DNA of 64,000 bases from NCBI GenBank assembly GCA_903908245.1, contig CAIVRE010000017.1:133-64132 (forward strand), given 5' to 3'. Made by a program: the position numbers and the translations under genes. Shown here piece after piece: positions 8,600 through 17,188 of the stretch; position 1 is the first letter of the stretch, and every line of letters starts with the position of its first letter. The notes under the pieces were generated by a model. It made no database searches. It was not told the origin of the DNA and saw only the letters and a list, made by a program, of their open reading frames with translations. This stretch comes from Candidatus Omnitrophota bacterium (GTDB taxonomy: Bacteria; Omnitrophota; Gorgyraeia; Zapsychrales; Fredricksoniimonadaceae).

Positions 8600-10336
8600 A
8601 TGGCACGTCTTCGTTTGGGCGAAAGATTGATCAAGCAGGGGCTTATCACCGAAGCGCAGCTGCAGGAAGCGCTCGAAGAACAGAAAACAGAGAAGATCCA
8701 TATTGGCGAGATCCTTGTCAATAAAGGGATACTGAAAGAGGAAGACCTGGCCGCGGCCATTGCCTCCCAGTTGCTTATTCCGTATGCTTCGCGCGCGTCA
8801 GGAATGCTTAACCCGCAACGCCAGCAGAGCCTTGAAAAACTTATTCCTTATGAATTCGCCAAGGAGCATTTGGTCCTTCCGCTGAACCGCAACATGAATT
8901 CGCTGACCTGCGGGATCTTCAATCCTTTCGACCTGATCATGATCGACAATTTGAAGAAGATCACCAATTGCGAGATCAATTTCGTTATTGCCACCAAGAG
9001 CGACCTGCTTAAGACCATCCTTGAGTTCTACGGCAACGTGGCCGGAGACTCAAAGGCCGGCGGAAGCGTGCTTTGGGGCGAAGCGCTGCAACGTTCCCGG
9101 GATATATCGCCGGCGAGCAGCGCGGCGGTATCCACCGATGATGCCACCGAGTCAGAGCTTAGCCTGGACAAAGTCATCGCAAGGGCCGAAGAGGCTCCGG
9201 TCATCAAGCTGGTGGACCTGATCATCCGCCAGGCCATTGATGAACGGGCGAGCGATATCCATATCGAACCTTTCAAGGACAAAGTTGAGGTGCGCTATCG
9301 TATCGACGGAGAGTTGTATCAGATCCCACCGCCGGCGAAACATTTACACCTGCCGATCGTGTCCCGCATCAAGATCCTAGCCAAACTGGATATCGCCGAG
9401 AAACGTCTGCCGCAAGACGGGCGTATTTCCGCAAAACTGGAAGACCGCACGGTTGACCTGCGCGTATCATCCCTGCCTACGGTTTGGGGTGAAAAGATCG
9501 TCATGCGTATCCTGGACAGCGAGGCGATCAAATTGGACCTGGTAACGCTTGGTTTTGAGCCAAGCCAGCTCGAGATCATCCGCAAAGCGCTTAAAGTGCC
9601 CTACGGGCTCCTTTTTGTCACAGGGCCGACAGGCAGCGGAAAATCCACCACTCTTTATTCGGCTTTGACCGAAGTGCTCGACCCCACCAAAAACATCATG
9701 ACGGCCGAAGACCCGGTCGAATTCCGTATTGAAGGGGTCAATCAGGTCCATGTAAGGCCTGATATTGGGTTCTCTTTTGCCGAGGCTCTGCGCGCTTTCC
9801 TGCGCCAGGACCCTGATATCATCATGGTAGGTGAAGTGCGTGACCTCGAGACTGCCCAGATCTGTACACGAGCGGCCCTGACCGGGCATTTTGTGCTGAG
9901 TACACTGCATACGAATGACGCGGCATCGGCCATAACACGTTTGCTGGATATCGGGGTCCCCAGTTATCTTTTAACACCGTCCCTGACGATGATCATCGCT
10001 CAGCGGCTCGGGCGCAAGCTTTGCCCTCATTGCAAAGAGCCTTATGAGCCCAAACCAGAGGAACTCGGGGAGATCAAGCTCAAGGCCGACCTTATTTACA
10101 GGGCCAAAGGTTGCGACAAATGTGCGCATACGGGGTATAAAGGCCGGATGGTCGTTGCGGAGGTCCTTTTGATCGACGAAGAACTCCGTCGCCTGATCGG
10201 CAAGAATGCCGGTTACAGCGACCTGAAAGATGCCGCCCGCAAGAACGGGATGATGACTCTTTTTGAAGCAGGCATACGGAAAGTTGAAGCAGGCATCACC
10301 AGCCTTGAAGAGATATTTGGTGTGACCGCGGGATAA
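8600..10336 (+). CDS. pilB: type IV pilus assembly ATPase PilB (GspE family)
   Basis: The start ATG at 8600 is preceded by AAGGA. The protein has a T2SSE_N-like N-terminus, Walker A GPTGSGKSTT, Asp and His boxes, and a tetracysteine motif CPHC...CDKC. The ORF-track extension to 8435 is rejected. Confidence 0.9.
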   Translation: MARLRLGERLIKQGLITEAQLQEALEEQKTEKIHIGEILVNKGILKEEDLAAAIASQLLIPYASRASGMLNPQRQQSLEKLIPYEFAKEHLVLPLNRNMNSLTCGIFNPFDLIMIDNLKKITNCEINFVIATKSDLLKTILEFYGNVAGDSKAGGSVLWGEALQRSRDISPASSAAVSTDDATESELSLDKVIARAEEAPVIKLVDLIIRQAIDERASDIHIEPFKDKVEVRYRIDGELYQIPPPAKHLHLPIVSRIKILAKLDIAEKRLPQDGRISAKLEDRTVDLRVSSLPTVWGEKIVMRILDSEAIKLDLVTLGFEPSQLEIIRKALKVPYGLLFVTGPTGSGKSTTLYSALTEVLDPTKNIMTAEDPVEFRIEGVNQVHVRPDIGFSFAEALRAFLRQDPDIIMVGEVRDLETAQICTRAALTGHFVLSTLHTNDAASAITRLLDIGVPSYLLTPSLTMIIAQRLGRKLCPHCKEPYEPKPEELGEIKLKADLIYRAKGCDKCAHTGYKGRMVVAEVLLIDEELRRLIGKNAGYSDLKDAARKNGMMTLFEAGIRKVEAGITSLEEIFGVTAG

Positions 10337-10339
10337 TCC

Positions 10340-11572
10340 ATGCCAAAATTCCTTGTTACATTTAAAGATGAATCAGGAAAAAGCAAGACCACGGTGTTGG
10401 ACGCGAAGGACAGCAATGACGCTGTTTCAAGCGTACAGACCCAGGGAGTCTTTGTTGTTGCCATTCAACCGCTGGAGGAAGCGCAAAAAAATGCCCAATC
10501 TTCCTCCAAAAAGGCCGCGCAGCGGAATTATACGCATAACAAGGCCAAACTGCAGGACATTGTTGTTTTTGCCCGTCAATTAGCCACCATGCTCGAAGCG
10601 GGTGTTCCTCTTTTAAGAAGCCTTACCGTTATCCTCGACCAGCTTGAAAGCCGTGAACTTTCCATGGTTGTTGCCGAGGTGCGCAGTGATGTGGAACAGG
10701 GGATGGCCTTCAGCAAAGCCCTGGACAAACACCCCAAGGTCTTCGGTCAGTTCTGGGTGAGCCTCGTCGAGGTCGGAGAAGCGTCGGGGACAATGCCCCG
10801 CGTCCTGAAGAAACTGACGGAATACGCGGAAGAGAGCGTCAAGTTCCAGTCGCAGTTGATCGGGGCGTTGATCTATCCGGCGGTGCTGACAGTGATCGTT
10901 TTCCTGGCGGTCCTAGCGTTCGCTTTGTTCATCGGGCCTATCTTCGAGAAGGTCTTCAAGAACCTGAACATGAGTTTGCCCGGCATTACCATCATGATGA
11001 TGGCGCTGTTCAAATTCATTCAGACGCAGTTCCTTCTCATCGTTGCCGCGATCACCGGGATGGTCTTCGCTTTCAAGGCGTATGTCAAAACGTCCGTCGG
11101 CCGCTGGCAAACAGAAATGTTCCTTTACAATCTTCCTACGGTCGGGAATATTTTCCGGCTTGTTGTTGTTGAGAAATTCACCTCCCAGATGGCTATCCTT
11201 ATTGAAAGCGGTGTGCCGATCCTTTACGCCCTGGAAATATCAGAGCGTCTCGTCGATAATATGGTCTGCGGCGCAGTATTAAAGGATGTGCGCAACGCCG
11301 TGCGGGAAGGAAAGCTCCTGGCCGACGCCCTGGAAAAAAGTTCTTTTTTCCCGTCGATCTCGGTTCAGATGATCCGCGTGGGGGAAGAGACGGGCGAATT
11401 GTCCAAAATGCTCGGCCATGTGGCCGTTTTTTACAAAGGGCAGGTGGAGGACTTCATGAGGAATATTTCCGTCCTCATTGAACCCGTCATGCTGGTGGTT
11501 ATGGGTGGTGTCATCGGGACCATGGTCATTGCAATGTTCCTGCCGCTTTTGTCGATCTCTACTGGCGGATAA
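10340..11572 (+). CDS. pilC: type IV pilus platform protein PilC (GspF family)
   Basis: 410 aa with two GspF repeats and three TM segments. It lies immediately downstream of pilB. Confidence 0.85.
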   Translation: MPKFLVTFKDESGKSKTTVLDAKDSNDAVSSVQTQGVFVVAIQPLEEAQKNAQSSSKKAAQRNYTHNKAKLQDIVVFARQLATMLEAGVPLLRSLTVILDQLESRELSMVVAEVRSDVEQGMAFSKALDKHPKVFGQFWVSLVEVGEASGTMPRVLKKLTEYAEESVKFQSQLIGALIYPAVLTVIVFLAVLAFALFIGPIFEKVFKNLNMSLPGITIMMMALFKFIQTQFLLIVAAITGMVFAFKAYVKTSVGRWQTEMFLYNLPTVGNIFRLVVVEKFTSQMAILIESGVPILYALEISERLVDNMVCGAVLKDVRNAVREGKLLADALEKSSFFPSISVQMIRVGEETGELSKMLGHVAVFYKGQVEDFMRNISVLIEPVMLVVMGGVIGTMVIAMFLPLLSISTGG

Positions 11573-11594
11573 ATAAAACATTTTTTTATTTGTT

Positions 11595-11623
11595 TTGTAT
11601 GGCTTGTGATTCTTTAGTATAAT
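11595..11623 (+). promoter_or_regulatory. putative sigma70 promoter of pilin paralog 1: TTGTAT-N17-TATAAT
   Basis: Perfect -10 TATAAT at 11618-11623, with TTGTAT 17 nt upstream. It is embedded in a TATTTGTTTTGTA...ATAATTAGATAA motif shared with paralog 2. Confidence 0.45.
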
Positions 11624-11697
11624 TAGATAATGTGGAGATTTAGCCGTTTTCCTTATGATCCAACAACCATAGTGAATATCATTGATATGGAGTAAGT

Positions 11698-12150
11698 ATG
11701 AATATAAAAGGTTTCACACTCATCGAAATCATCATCGTCATCGTTATTTTAGGCGTTCTGGCAACATTGGCGTTGCCGCGTTTGACAGCACAGATCGACG
11801 CATCTGAAGCCGCGGAAGCCATGCAATTCTTCGGAGCGATCAAAAGAGCAGCGATCGGTTGTTACGATGGCGCCGGTAATTTCTCGGTTTGCCGTACTTC
11901 GGCGGAATTAGGCGTACCCATTCCGGCGGCGACCAGGTTCCTGTATACACAGAGCAACCCGGATACCGCTTCGGCATCTATCCAGTGGTGGGCGCGTTCA
12001 ACACGTAATACCGCCAATTTTATTATGATGCAAATTGTAGGCAATACCGGGATCACAACGTTTGCGGCAACTGCAAATCCATTCCTGGGGATCGTTAATA
12101 AAACAGGGTCGTCAACTGTTGCTATTGCGGTATCGACGCTGCCTTATTAA
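11698..12150 (+). CDS. pilA: type IV major pilin (PilA-like) paralog 1
   Basis: 150 aa with the prepilin leader and cleavage motif MNIKG|FTLIEII, Glu at +5, and a hydrophobic N-terminal helix. GGAG lies upstream of the ATG. Confidence 0.85.
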   Translation: MNIKGFTLIEIIIVIVILGVLATLALPRLTAQIDASEAAEAMQFFGAIKRAAIGCYDGAGNFSVCRTSAELGVPIPAATRFLYTQSNPDTASASIQWWARSTRNTANFIMMQIVGNTGITTFAATANPFLGIVNKTGSSTVAIAVSTLPY

Positions 12151-12229
12151 CTTTGATATTTAGAATGTATATTTTTTAAAATTACTTATTATCATTAATT
12201 TCTTAAAAATAAATTATTCATTATTTGTT

Positions 12230-12258
12230 TTGTAAACGTAAACCTTTTGTGGCATAAT
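12230..12258 (+). promoter_or_regulatory. putative sigma70 promoter of pilin paralog 2: TTGTAA-N17-CATAAT
   Basis: Same architecture and flanking motif as the promoter of paralog 1. Confidence 0.4.
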
Positions 12259-12340
12259 TAAATAAGGTAGTGTTAATTTTTCATTGAAAAGGACGATGTT
12301 TATAGATTGCATATATTTACACTATAAAAAAGGAGAAAGT

Positions 12341-12796
12341 ATGAATAAGAAAGGTTTTACACTCATCGAAATCATCATCGTCATCGTTATTTTAGGCGTT
12401 CTGGCAACGTTGGCGTTGCCGCGTTTGACAGCACAGATCGACGCATCTGAAGCCGCGGAAGCCATGCAGTTTATGGGAGCGATCAAAAGAGCGGCGATCG
12501 GTTGTTATGATGGCGCCGGTAATTTTTCGGTTTGCCGGACTTCAGCGGAATTGGGCGTACCCATTCCGGCGGCGGCTCGGTTCACCTATACCCAAAGCAA
12601 TCCGGATACCGCTTCTGCGTCTATCCAGTGGTGGGCGCGTGCAACACGTAATACCGCAAACTTCGTTATGATGCAAATTGTAGGCAGCACCGGAACAACA
12701 ACTTTTGCGGCAAATGTCGGCGGTCCATTCTTGGGGATCATTAATAAAACAGGGTCTTCAACTGTTATTGTTGCAGTATCGACCCTTCCTTATTAA
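12341..12796 (+). CDS. pilA: type IV major pilin (PilA-like) paralog 2
   Basis: 151 aa, about 90% identical to paralog 1; the differences cluster in the C-terminal half. The start ATG at 12341 is preceded by AAAGGAG. The ORF-track extension to 12284 is rejected. Confidence 0.85.
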   Translation: MNKKGFTLIEIIIVIVILGVLATLALPRLTAQIDASEAAEAMQFMGAIKRAAIGCYDGAGNFSVCRTSAELGVPIPAAARFTYTQSNPDTASASIQWWARATRNTANFVMMQIVGSTGTTTFAANVGGPFLGIINKTGSSTVIVAVSTLPY

Positions 12797-12810
12797 TTTT
12801 TTTAAGGAAA

Positions 12811-12844
12811 AGAGGGCGTTCTTCGGGACGCTCTCTTTTTTTTC
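12811..12844 (+). terminator. rho-independent terminator after pilin paralog 2
   Basis: A 9-bp GC-rich stem (AGAGGGCGT / ACGCTCTCT) is followed by T9. It ends 4 nt before the start of the next pilin gene. Confidence 0.7.
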
Positions 12845-12847
12845 TAA

Positions 12848-13240
12848 ATGGACAAGAAGGGCTTTACAATAGTAGAAGTTATCGTTGTTATAGTCATTCT
12901 TGGCGTTATGGCCTCATTTGCCTTGCCGAAGCTCTTTGCGCAGAAAGAAAAGGGGATATTCTCGGAAGGCGTATCTGCGGCACAGACACTGTTCTCTGCT
13001 CAACAAAGGTATTTTCTGGATCATAATCCCAATTATGACACCAGTGCTCTATGTACGGCACTGGATGTTTCTATAGCACCGGTGAACTTTAACATCAATT
13101 GTAATACGGCAGGCTATGTTGCAGCGGTTGTTCGCAAGAACGGCCCTGTATATACGATCAGGACTACGAGTGCCGGAGTATATGACTGTCCTTCATGCTC
13201 CGGAAGTCTGGTATATCTTAATGCACAGGTCCCACATTGA
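12848..13240 (+). CDS. prepilin-type minor pilin/pseudopilin
   Basis: 130 aa with the motif MDKKG|FTIVEVIVVI and five Cys in the C-terminal half. Confidence 0.75.
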   Translation: MDKKGFTIVEVIVVIVILGVMASFALPKLFAQKEKGIFSEGVSAAQTLFSAQQRYFLDHNPNYDTSALCTALDVSIAPVNFNINCNTAGYVAAVVRKNGPVYTIRTTSAGVYDCPSCSGSLVYLNAQVPH

Positions 13241-13250
13241 TGAGGCGCGT

Positions 13251-13649
13251 ATGATCAATAAAAAAAGTTTTACTATGGTCGAATTGATCATCGTTATGGC
13301 CATTATTAGTGTAATGGCGGCTTTTGGTGTCCCCAGCTTTACCAAAGCCATGTCCCGGGCCAGGGCAAGAGACGCCCAGAATAACCTGACGATTATTCAT
13401 GCATCGCAAGCCTTGTACAGGGCAAATTTGGCAAGCAACCTCCGCGGCGCAAACCTCGGCGCTCTGAACGCAGCGTTGTCATTAAATCTTGTGTCCACTG
13501 GCGGCACTACGTATGCCTGTAATGACGGGATAGCTCCTGCTTCGCCAACCACTTGCGTCGCTACGGCAGCGGGAGGGGCAGCGGTTTTTCAAACGACATT
13601 GACCCTTGCGACAGGGGCTGTTGTGTGCGCAGGCACTGATTGTCCGTGA
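13251..13649 (+). CDS. prepilin-type minor pilin/pseudopilin
   Basis: 132 aa starting at an internal ATG with MINKKS|FTMVELII and four Cys. The ORF-track extension to 13116 overlaps the previous gene and is rejected. Confidence 0.75.
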   Translation: MINKKSFTMVELIIVMAIISVMAAFGVPSFTKAMSRARARDAQNNLTIIHASQALYRANLASNLRGANLGALNAALSLNLVSTGGTTYACNDGIAPASPTTCVATAAGGAAVFQTTLTLATGAVVCAGTDCP

Positions 13650-13656
13650 ACGGTCT

Positions 13657-13998
13657 ATGGGTAAAAAGTCTGCGTTCTCTTTAGTTGAAGTGATCGTGGC
13701 CGCGGTGGTATTCACTCTTTCTGCCGCCGCCATATTCGGAGCCCTCAGGTCGCTGGCCCAGCGGAGGGTTTCAGATTCTTCAACGGATGTTCGAGGCGTT
13801 GCTTACGGTCAGGTATTCCTCGAATCCTTGCGAAATGAAGTTTATGCCAACCGTTGGGGAGATGCGGCAAGTCCGCTTAAGCCTGGCGGCCCTTATAATA
13901 TGCCCACCTACGCTGAATTTCCAGGATACAACGGGACATATACGGTTGTGGATGACAGCGGATCCCGTAAAGTAACGGCCAATATCAATACTCCATAA
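13657..13998 (+). CDS. prepilin-like protein with atypical (Ala at -1) leader
   Basis: 113 aa beginning MGKKSAFSLVEVIVAAV. It has the prepilin-like N-terminal helix with Glu+5 but Ala instead of Gly before Phe. Start ATG at 13657. Confidence 0.6.
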   Translation: MGKKSAFSLVEVIVAAVVFTLSAAAIFGALRSLAQRRVSDSSTDVRGVAYGQVFLESLRNEVYANRWGDAASPLKPGGPYNMPTYAEFPGYNGTYTVVDDSGSRKVTANINTP

Positions 13999-14007
13999 AA
14001 GGCTTTT

Positions 14008-14508
14008 ATGAAAGGGATCACCCTTATTGAGTTGCTTGTATCCGTCGTGATCATAAGTATCATGATGGGAGGGATATTCGCGGCGAGTCAGGCGGTCCTG
14101 AACATTGACCGGGGGGAAACAGCACGATCAGCCGTATTCATTCGCGCACAGTCTATTGTCAGCACCATAGAAAGTGATGCCATTAACGCGGAAGGTATGG
14201 GGACGGGAACCTCTTCGGGAGTGTGGTTCAATAATCCCACGGATTTTTGTTTTCGGAACGATCCCGCCGGCGTAAATCCATGGGCTTGTTATTCAAGATT
14301 GGCCGGAAACGTATTATATAGATGTTTACGGGCGACCACTGGTGCCTGCACCACTTTTGATACGGCGATCGGTGTTTTGGATAACCCTGTCGCGGCAAGG
14401 TTCACCAGTGGTGTTTTTACAATGCCGATCGTTGTGAGCGATGCGACACTTATTAATTCTGCAGTTACGCTCGATGTTGTTGTATACCCTGAAAAAAACA
14501 GTTTCTGA
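14008..14508 (+). CDS. prepilin-type minor pilin/pseudopilin
   Basis: 166 aa with the motif MKG|ITLIELLVSVVI. Confidence 0.75.
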   Translation: MKGITLIELLVSVVIISIMMGGIFAASQAVLNIDRGETARSAVFIRAQSIVSTIESDAINAEGMGTGTSSGVWFNNPTDFCFRNDPAGVNPWACYSRLAGNVLYRCLRATTGACTTFDTAIGVLDNPVAARFTSGVFTMPIVVSDATLINSAVTLDVVVYPEKNSF

Positions 14509-14510
14509 CC

Positions 14511-15260
14511 ATGCACCGTTTTTATTGCGCCGCCCTTTTACAACAACAGGAACCGCTTGTTATTGATGACCCCGATGAGGTTCATCATATAGCGCGGGTC
14601 CTTCGTTTGCGCCCTGGGGACGCAGTGGAGCTGATCAATGGCCAAGGGGCTTTGGGTGCAGCCCGGATCATTGGTATTTCAAAACAGCACATTCAAGTGG
14701 AATTATTGGAAGAGGTCCGGTCTTTTTTACCTTCCCCGGTAAAGATCATTCTGGCCTGTGCTTTACCCAAACGGTCAAAGTTCGAAGATATCATTGAAAA
14801 ATGCACACAACTCGGCGTTGATGAAATAGTCCCTCTTGTCACAAAACGTACCGAGATCGTCCCTTCCAAAGAGGCTGTCTTGCGCATGGGAATACGATTC
14901 AACAAAGTGGCTCTGAGCGCCTCCAAGCAATGCCAGCGATTATGGTTCCCGGTAGTATACCCCGCCATGGCGCTGGAGACAGCGGTGGACCTGTTCGCGA
15001 AAGAAAGCAATGCATTATATTTCCCCTGGCTTGAAGGCAAGCGAACATTATTAAAAGAGGCTTTGGACCGTCGTGAACCCCGGCCGGGAGCCGTTGTTTT
15101 CTTCATTGGGCCTGAAGGCGACTTTTCTCCGGAGGAAGCAGATTACACGATACGTAAAGGCGCTGTCCCTGTTTCATTGGGCGAGACCGTGCTGAGGGTC
15201 GAGACCGCCGCGGTCGCCGTGATATCCTATGCGCATTTTATTATTGGAGGATCGGATTGA
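14511..15260 (+). CDS. rsmE: 16S rRNA (uracil1498-N3)-methyltransferase RsmE
   Basis: 249 aa with the RsmE N-terminal PUA-like region and a C-terminal SPOUT domain (FFIGPEGDFSPEE). Confidence 0.85.
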   Translation: MHRFYCAALLQQQEPLVIDDPDEVHHIARVLRLRPGDAVELINGQGALGAARIIGISKQHIQVELLEEVRSFLPSPVKIILACALPKRSKFEDIIEKCTQLGVDEIVPLVTKRTEIVPSKEAVLRMGIRFNKVALSASKQCQRLWFPVVYPAMALETAVDLFAKESNALYFPWLEGKRTLLKEALDRREPRPGAVVFFIGPEGDFSPEEADYTIRKGAVPVSLGETVLRVETAAVAVISYAHFIIGGSD

Positions 15261-17188
15261 AGTGGCCGATGCCCTTTTCATCGTCTTTTAAGAAAGCTGG
15301 AGCTGTTTCGGCCTTGCTGATAGCCGCTATTCTTGTTTATTCTCCAGTCTTCAAAGCAGACTACATCAATTGGGATGATCCCTCTCATGTGCAGGAGAAC
15401 CCGTTTATTGTTAACGGGGACCGTTCGTTCTTATCCAGGGTGTTCCTAAAAGAGGAAACAGCGAACAGGACGTATATCCCGTTAACGGCGGTATCGTTCT
15501 GCCTGGAAAAACAGTTCTTCGGGTTAACCTCTTTCAGTTCCCATCTGATCAATTTGACCCTGCATCTTTGTAATATCGTTCTTATCCTTCTTTTGGGGCT
15601 ACAATTTGGCTTGACTTTTATGGCAGCGTACATCGCGGCCGCTCTTTTTGCGTTCCATCCGATGCATGTCGAGTCGGTCGCCTGGGTGACAGAACGCAAG
15701 GATGTTTTATACAGCTTCTTTTATCTTCTCTCCTTGGTCTTTTATTGCCGTTTTCAGGATACCCGCCGGGGAAGCTTTTATATCGGCGCGCTGGGAATGG
15801 CGATCCTTAGCCTGTTGTCCAAGCCAATGGCGTTAAGTCTGCCGTTGATCATGTTCCTGGTCGATTATATCAGGTCCAGGCCTTTGACCCGGAGGTCCTT
15901 GCTGGAAAAAGCCCCGTTCGCTGCATCGGCCTTCATGGTCGCAGGGATCACGTATCTGATGAATACCCGTGTTGTCGGGTTTTCATTCCCCTCATCATTC
16001 CTGGTCTGGGACTGGACGTTCTTCTTTTATTTAAAGAAGTTCTTTGTCCCGGTCGATCTGTTGGCTTTGTATGATGTTGCAACACCGGTCAATATCCACA
16101 ATCCCGAATATTGGATGGCGGCACTCGGGATATTCGTGATGATCCTGATGCTGTTCAGGAACAGAAGATCCCGCTGGTTTGTTTTTGCTGTTGGATCTTA
16201 TACGGCGTCAATATTCTTTCTCTGTCGATTTGACATCCTTGACCCGACTCTCGTGGCAGATCGTTTCATGTATCTTCCAAGCGCGGGGATATGTTTCCTG
16301 ATCGGATTTTATTTTGACAAGATGCTGCGTGAGCCGCGATCATTGATCAGGGCGGCCGCTGTATTCTTCATCCCGCTATTATTCGCCGGATTAATGCTCG
16401 GCACATGCCAGCAGGTGAAATATTGGCGGAATTCCTGGACATTCTGGAGCCACATCCTGGAATTCAGGCCACGCCTGTATTTCGCACAATATATGCGCGC
16501 CCAGTCACTCTCCGACGAAAAAGCTTACAGGAAGATCGCGCCTTACTTTGAACAACTTGTTTATTGTCAGTTGCCATCCGTCCCGACGACCCCATTCCAG
16601 AAGTCGCTGGTGCAGGGCAAACTAAAATATTTCAGGTCTTTGTTCGCTTTGCGCTGGTATCATCATGAATTATCCCGTCCGCTCTGGAGAAAAAGCCGTT
16701 TTCAGGAGATCCCGCTTGTTTCCACTTATTCGGGGTATATCAATGAACTGCTTTTTATAGGGAATTATAATAAGGCCCTGGCGTTCACTTTAAAGAAGAT
16801 CGCCAAATTCCCGGCCAAGACACATGATTTTATTATAATGGGACGATGCTATACCAATCTGGGGCTTTATGCCAAGGCCTTTGAATCCTTATCCATGGCC
16901 ATCGAATCTGATCCCAATAACTATGAGGCATTCCTGGCACGAGGGGCCGTAGCGGTCCTGCTGGGGGATATTGGAAGAGCCATCGACGACAGTAAGCGGT
17001 TATTGATCCTGGATCCCAAAGCCATGAGCGGCTATGACCTTTTGTTCAATGTTTATGTGACGGCGAATCAGCTGGAAGAAGCGAAGAAAGTGCTCGACCA
17101 GGAAATGGTTTTGTGGCCTTATGACCCCCAGGTGTCCCGGCATTACAGTACCTATACAAGGGCAGTCCATTCGAGGGATATCCCGTGA
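15257..17188 (+). CDS. TMTC-like GT-C membrane protein (DUF1736-type motif) with C-terminal TPR repeats
   Basis: 643 aa with about 10 TM helices. The conserved loop motif is FHPMHVESVAWVTERKDVLYSFFYLL. The C-terminal ~200 aa are TPR. Its start overlaps the rsmE stop. Confidence 0.7.
   Translation: MKWPMPFSSSFKKAGAVSALLIAAILVYSPVFKADYINWDDPSHVQENPFIVNGDRSFLSRVFLKEETANRTYIPLTAVSFCLEKQFFGLTSFSSHLINLTLHLCNIVLILLLGLQFGLTFMAAYIAAALFAFHPMHVESVAWVTERKDVLYSFFYLLSLVFYCRFQDTRRGSFYIGALGMAILSLLSKPMALSLPLIMFLVDYIRSRPLTRRSLLEKAPFAASAFMVAGITYLMNTRVVGFSFPSSFLVWDWTFFFYLKKFFVPVDLLALYDVATPVNIHNPEYWMAALGIFVMILMLFRNRRSRWFVFAVGSYTASIFFLCRFDILDPTLVADRFMYLPSAGICFLIGFYFDKMLREPRSLIRAAAVFFIPLLFAGLMLGTCQQVKYWRNSWTFWSHILEFRPRLYFAQYMRAQSLSDEKAYRKIAPYFEQLVYCQLPSVPTTPFQKSLVQGKLKYFRSLFALRWYHHELSRPLWRKSRFQEIPLVSTYSGYINELLFIGNYNKALAFTLKKIAKFPAKTHDFIIMGRCYTNLGLYAKAFESLSMAIESDPNNYEAFLARGAVAVLLGDIGRAIDDSKRLLILDPKAMSGYDLLFNVYVTANQLEEAKKVLDQEMVLWPYDPQVSRHYSTYTRAVHSRDIP

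Noticed and set aside
11573-11600. The AT-only palindrome AAATAAAACATTTTTTTATTT after pilC as a terminator
   Set aside because: The stem would be entirely A-T and could not form a stable terminator hairpin. More likely it is just AT-rich promoter-proximal DNA.
11573-11697. A sigma-54 (-24/-12) promoter upstream of the pilin genes
   Set aside because: TGGC motifs are present (TGGCTTGTGATTCTTT and TGGCATAATTAAAT), but there is no GC dinucleotide at the -12 position with correct spacing. A sigma70-type TTGTAT-N17-TATAAT fits much better.
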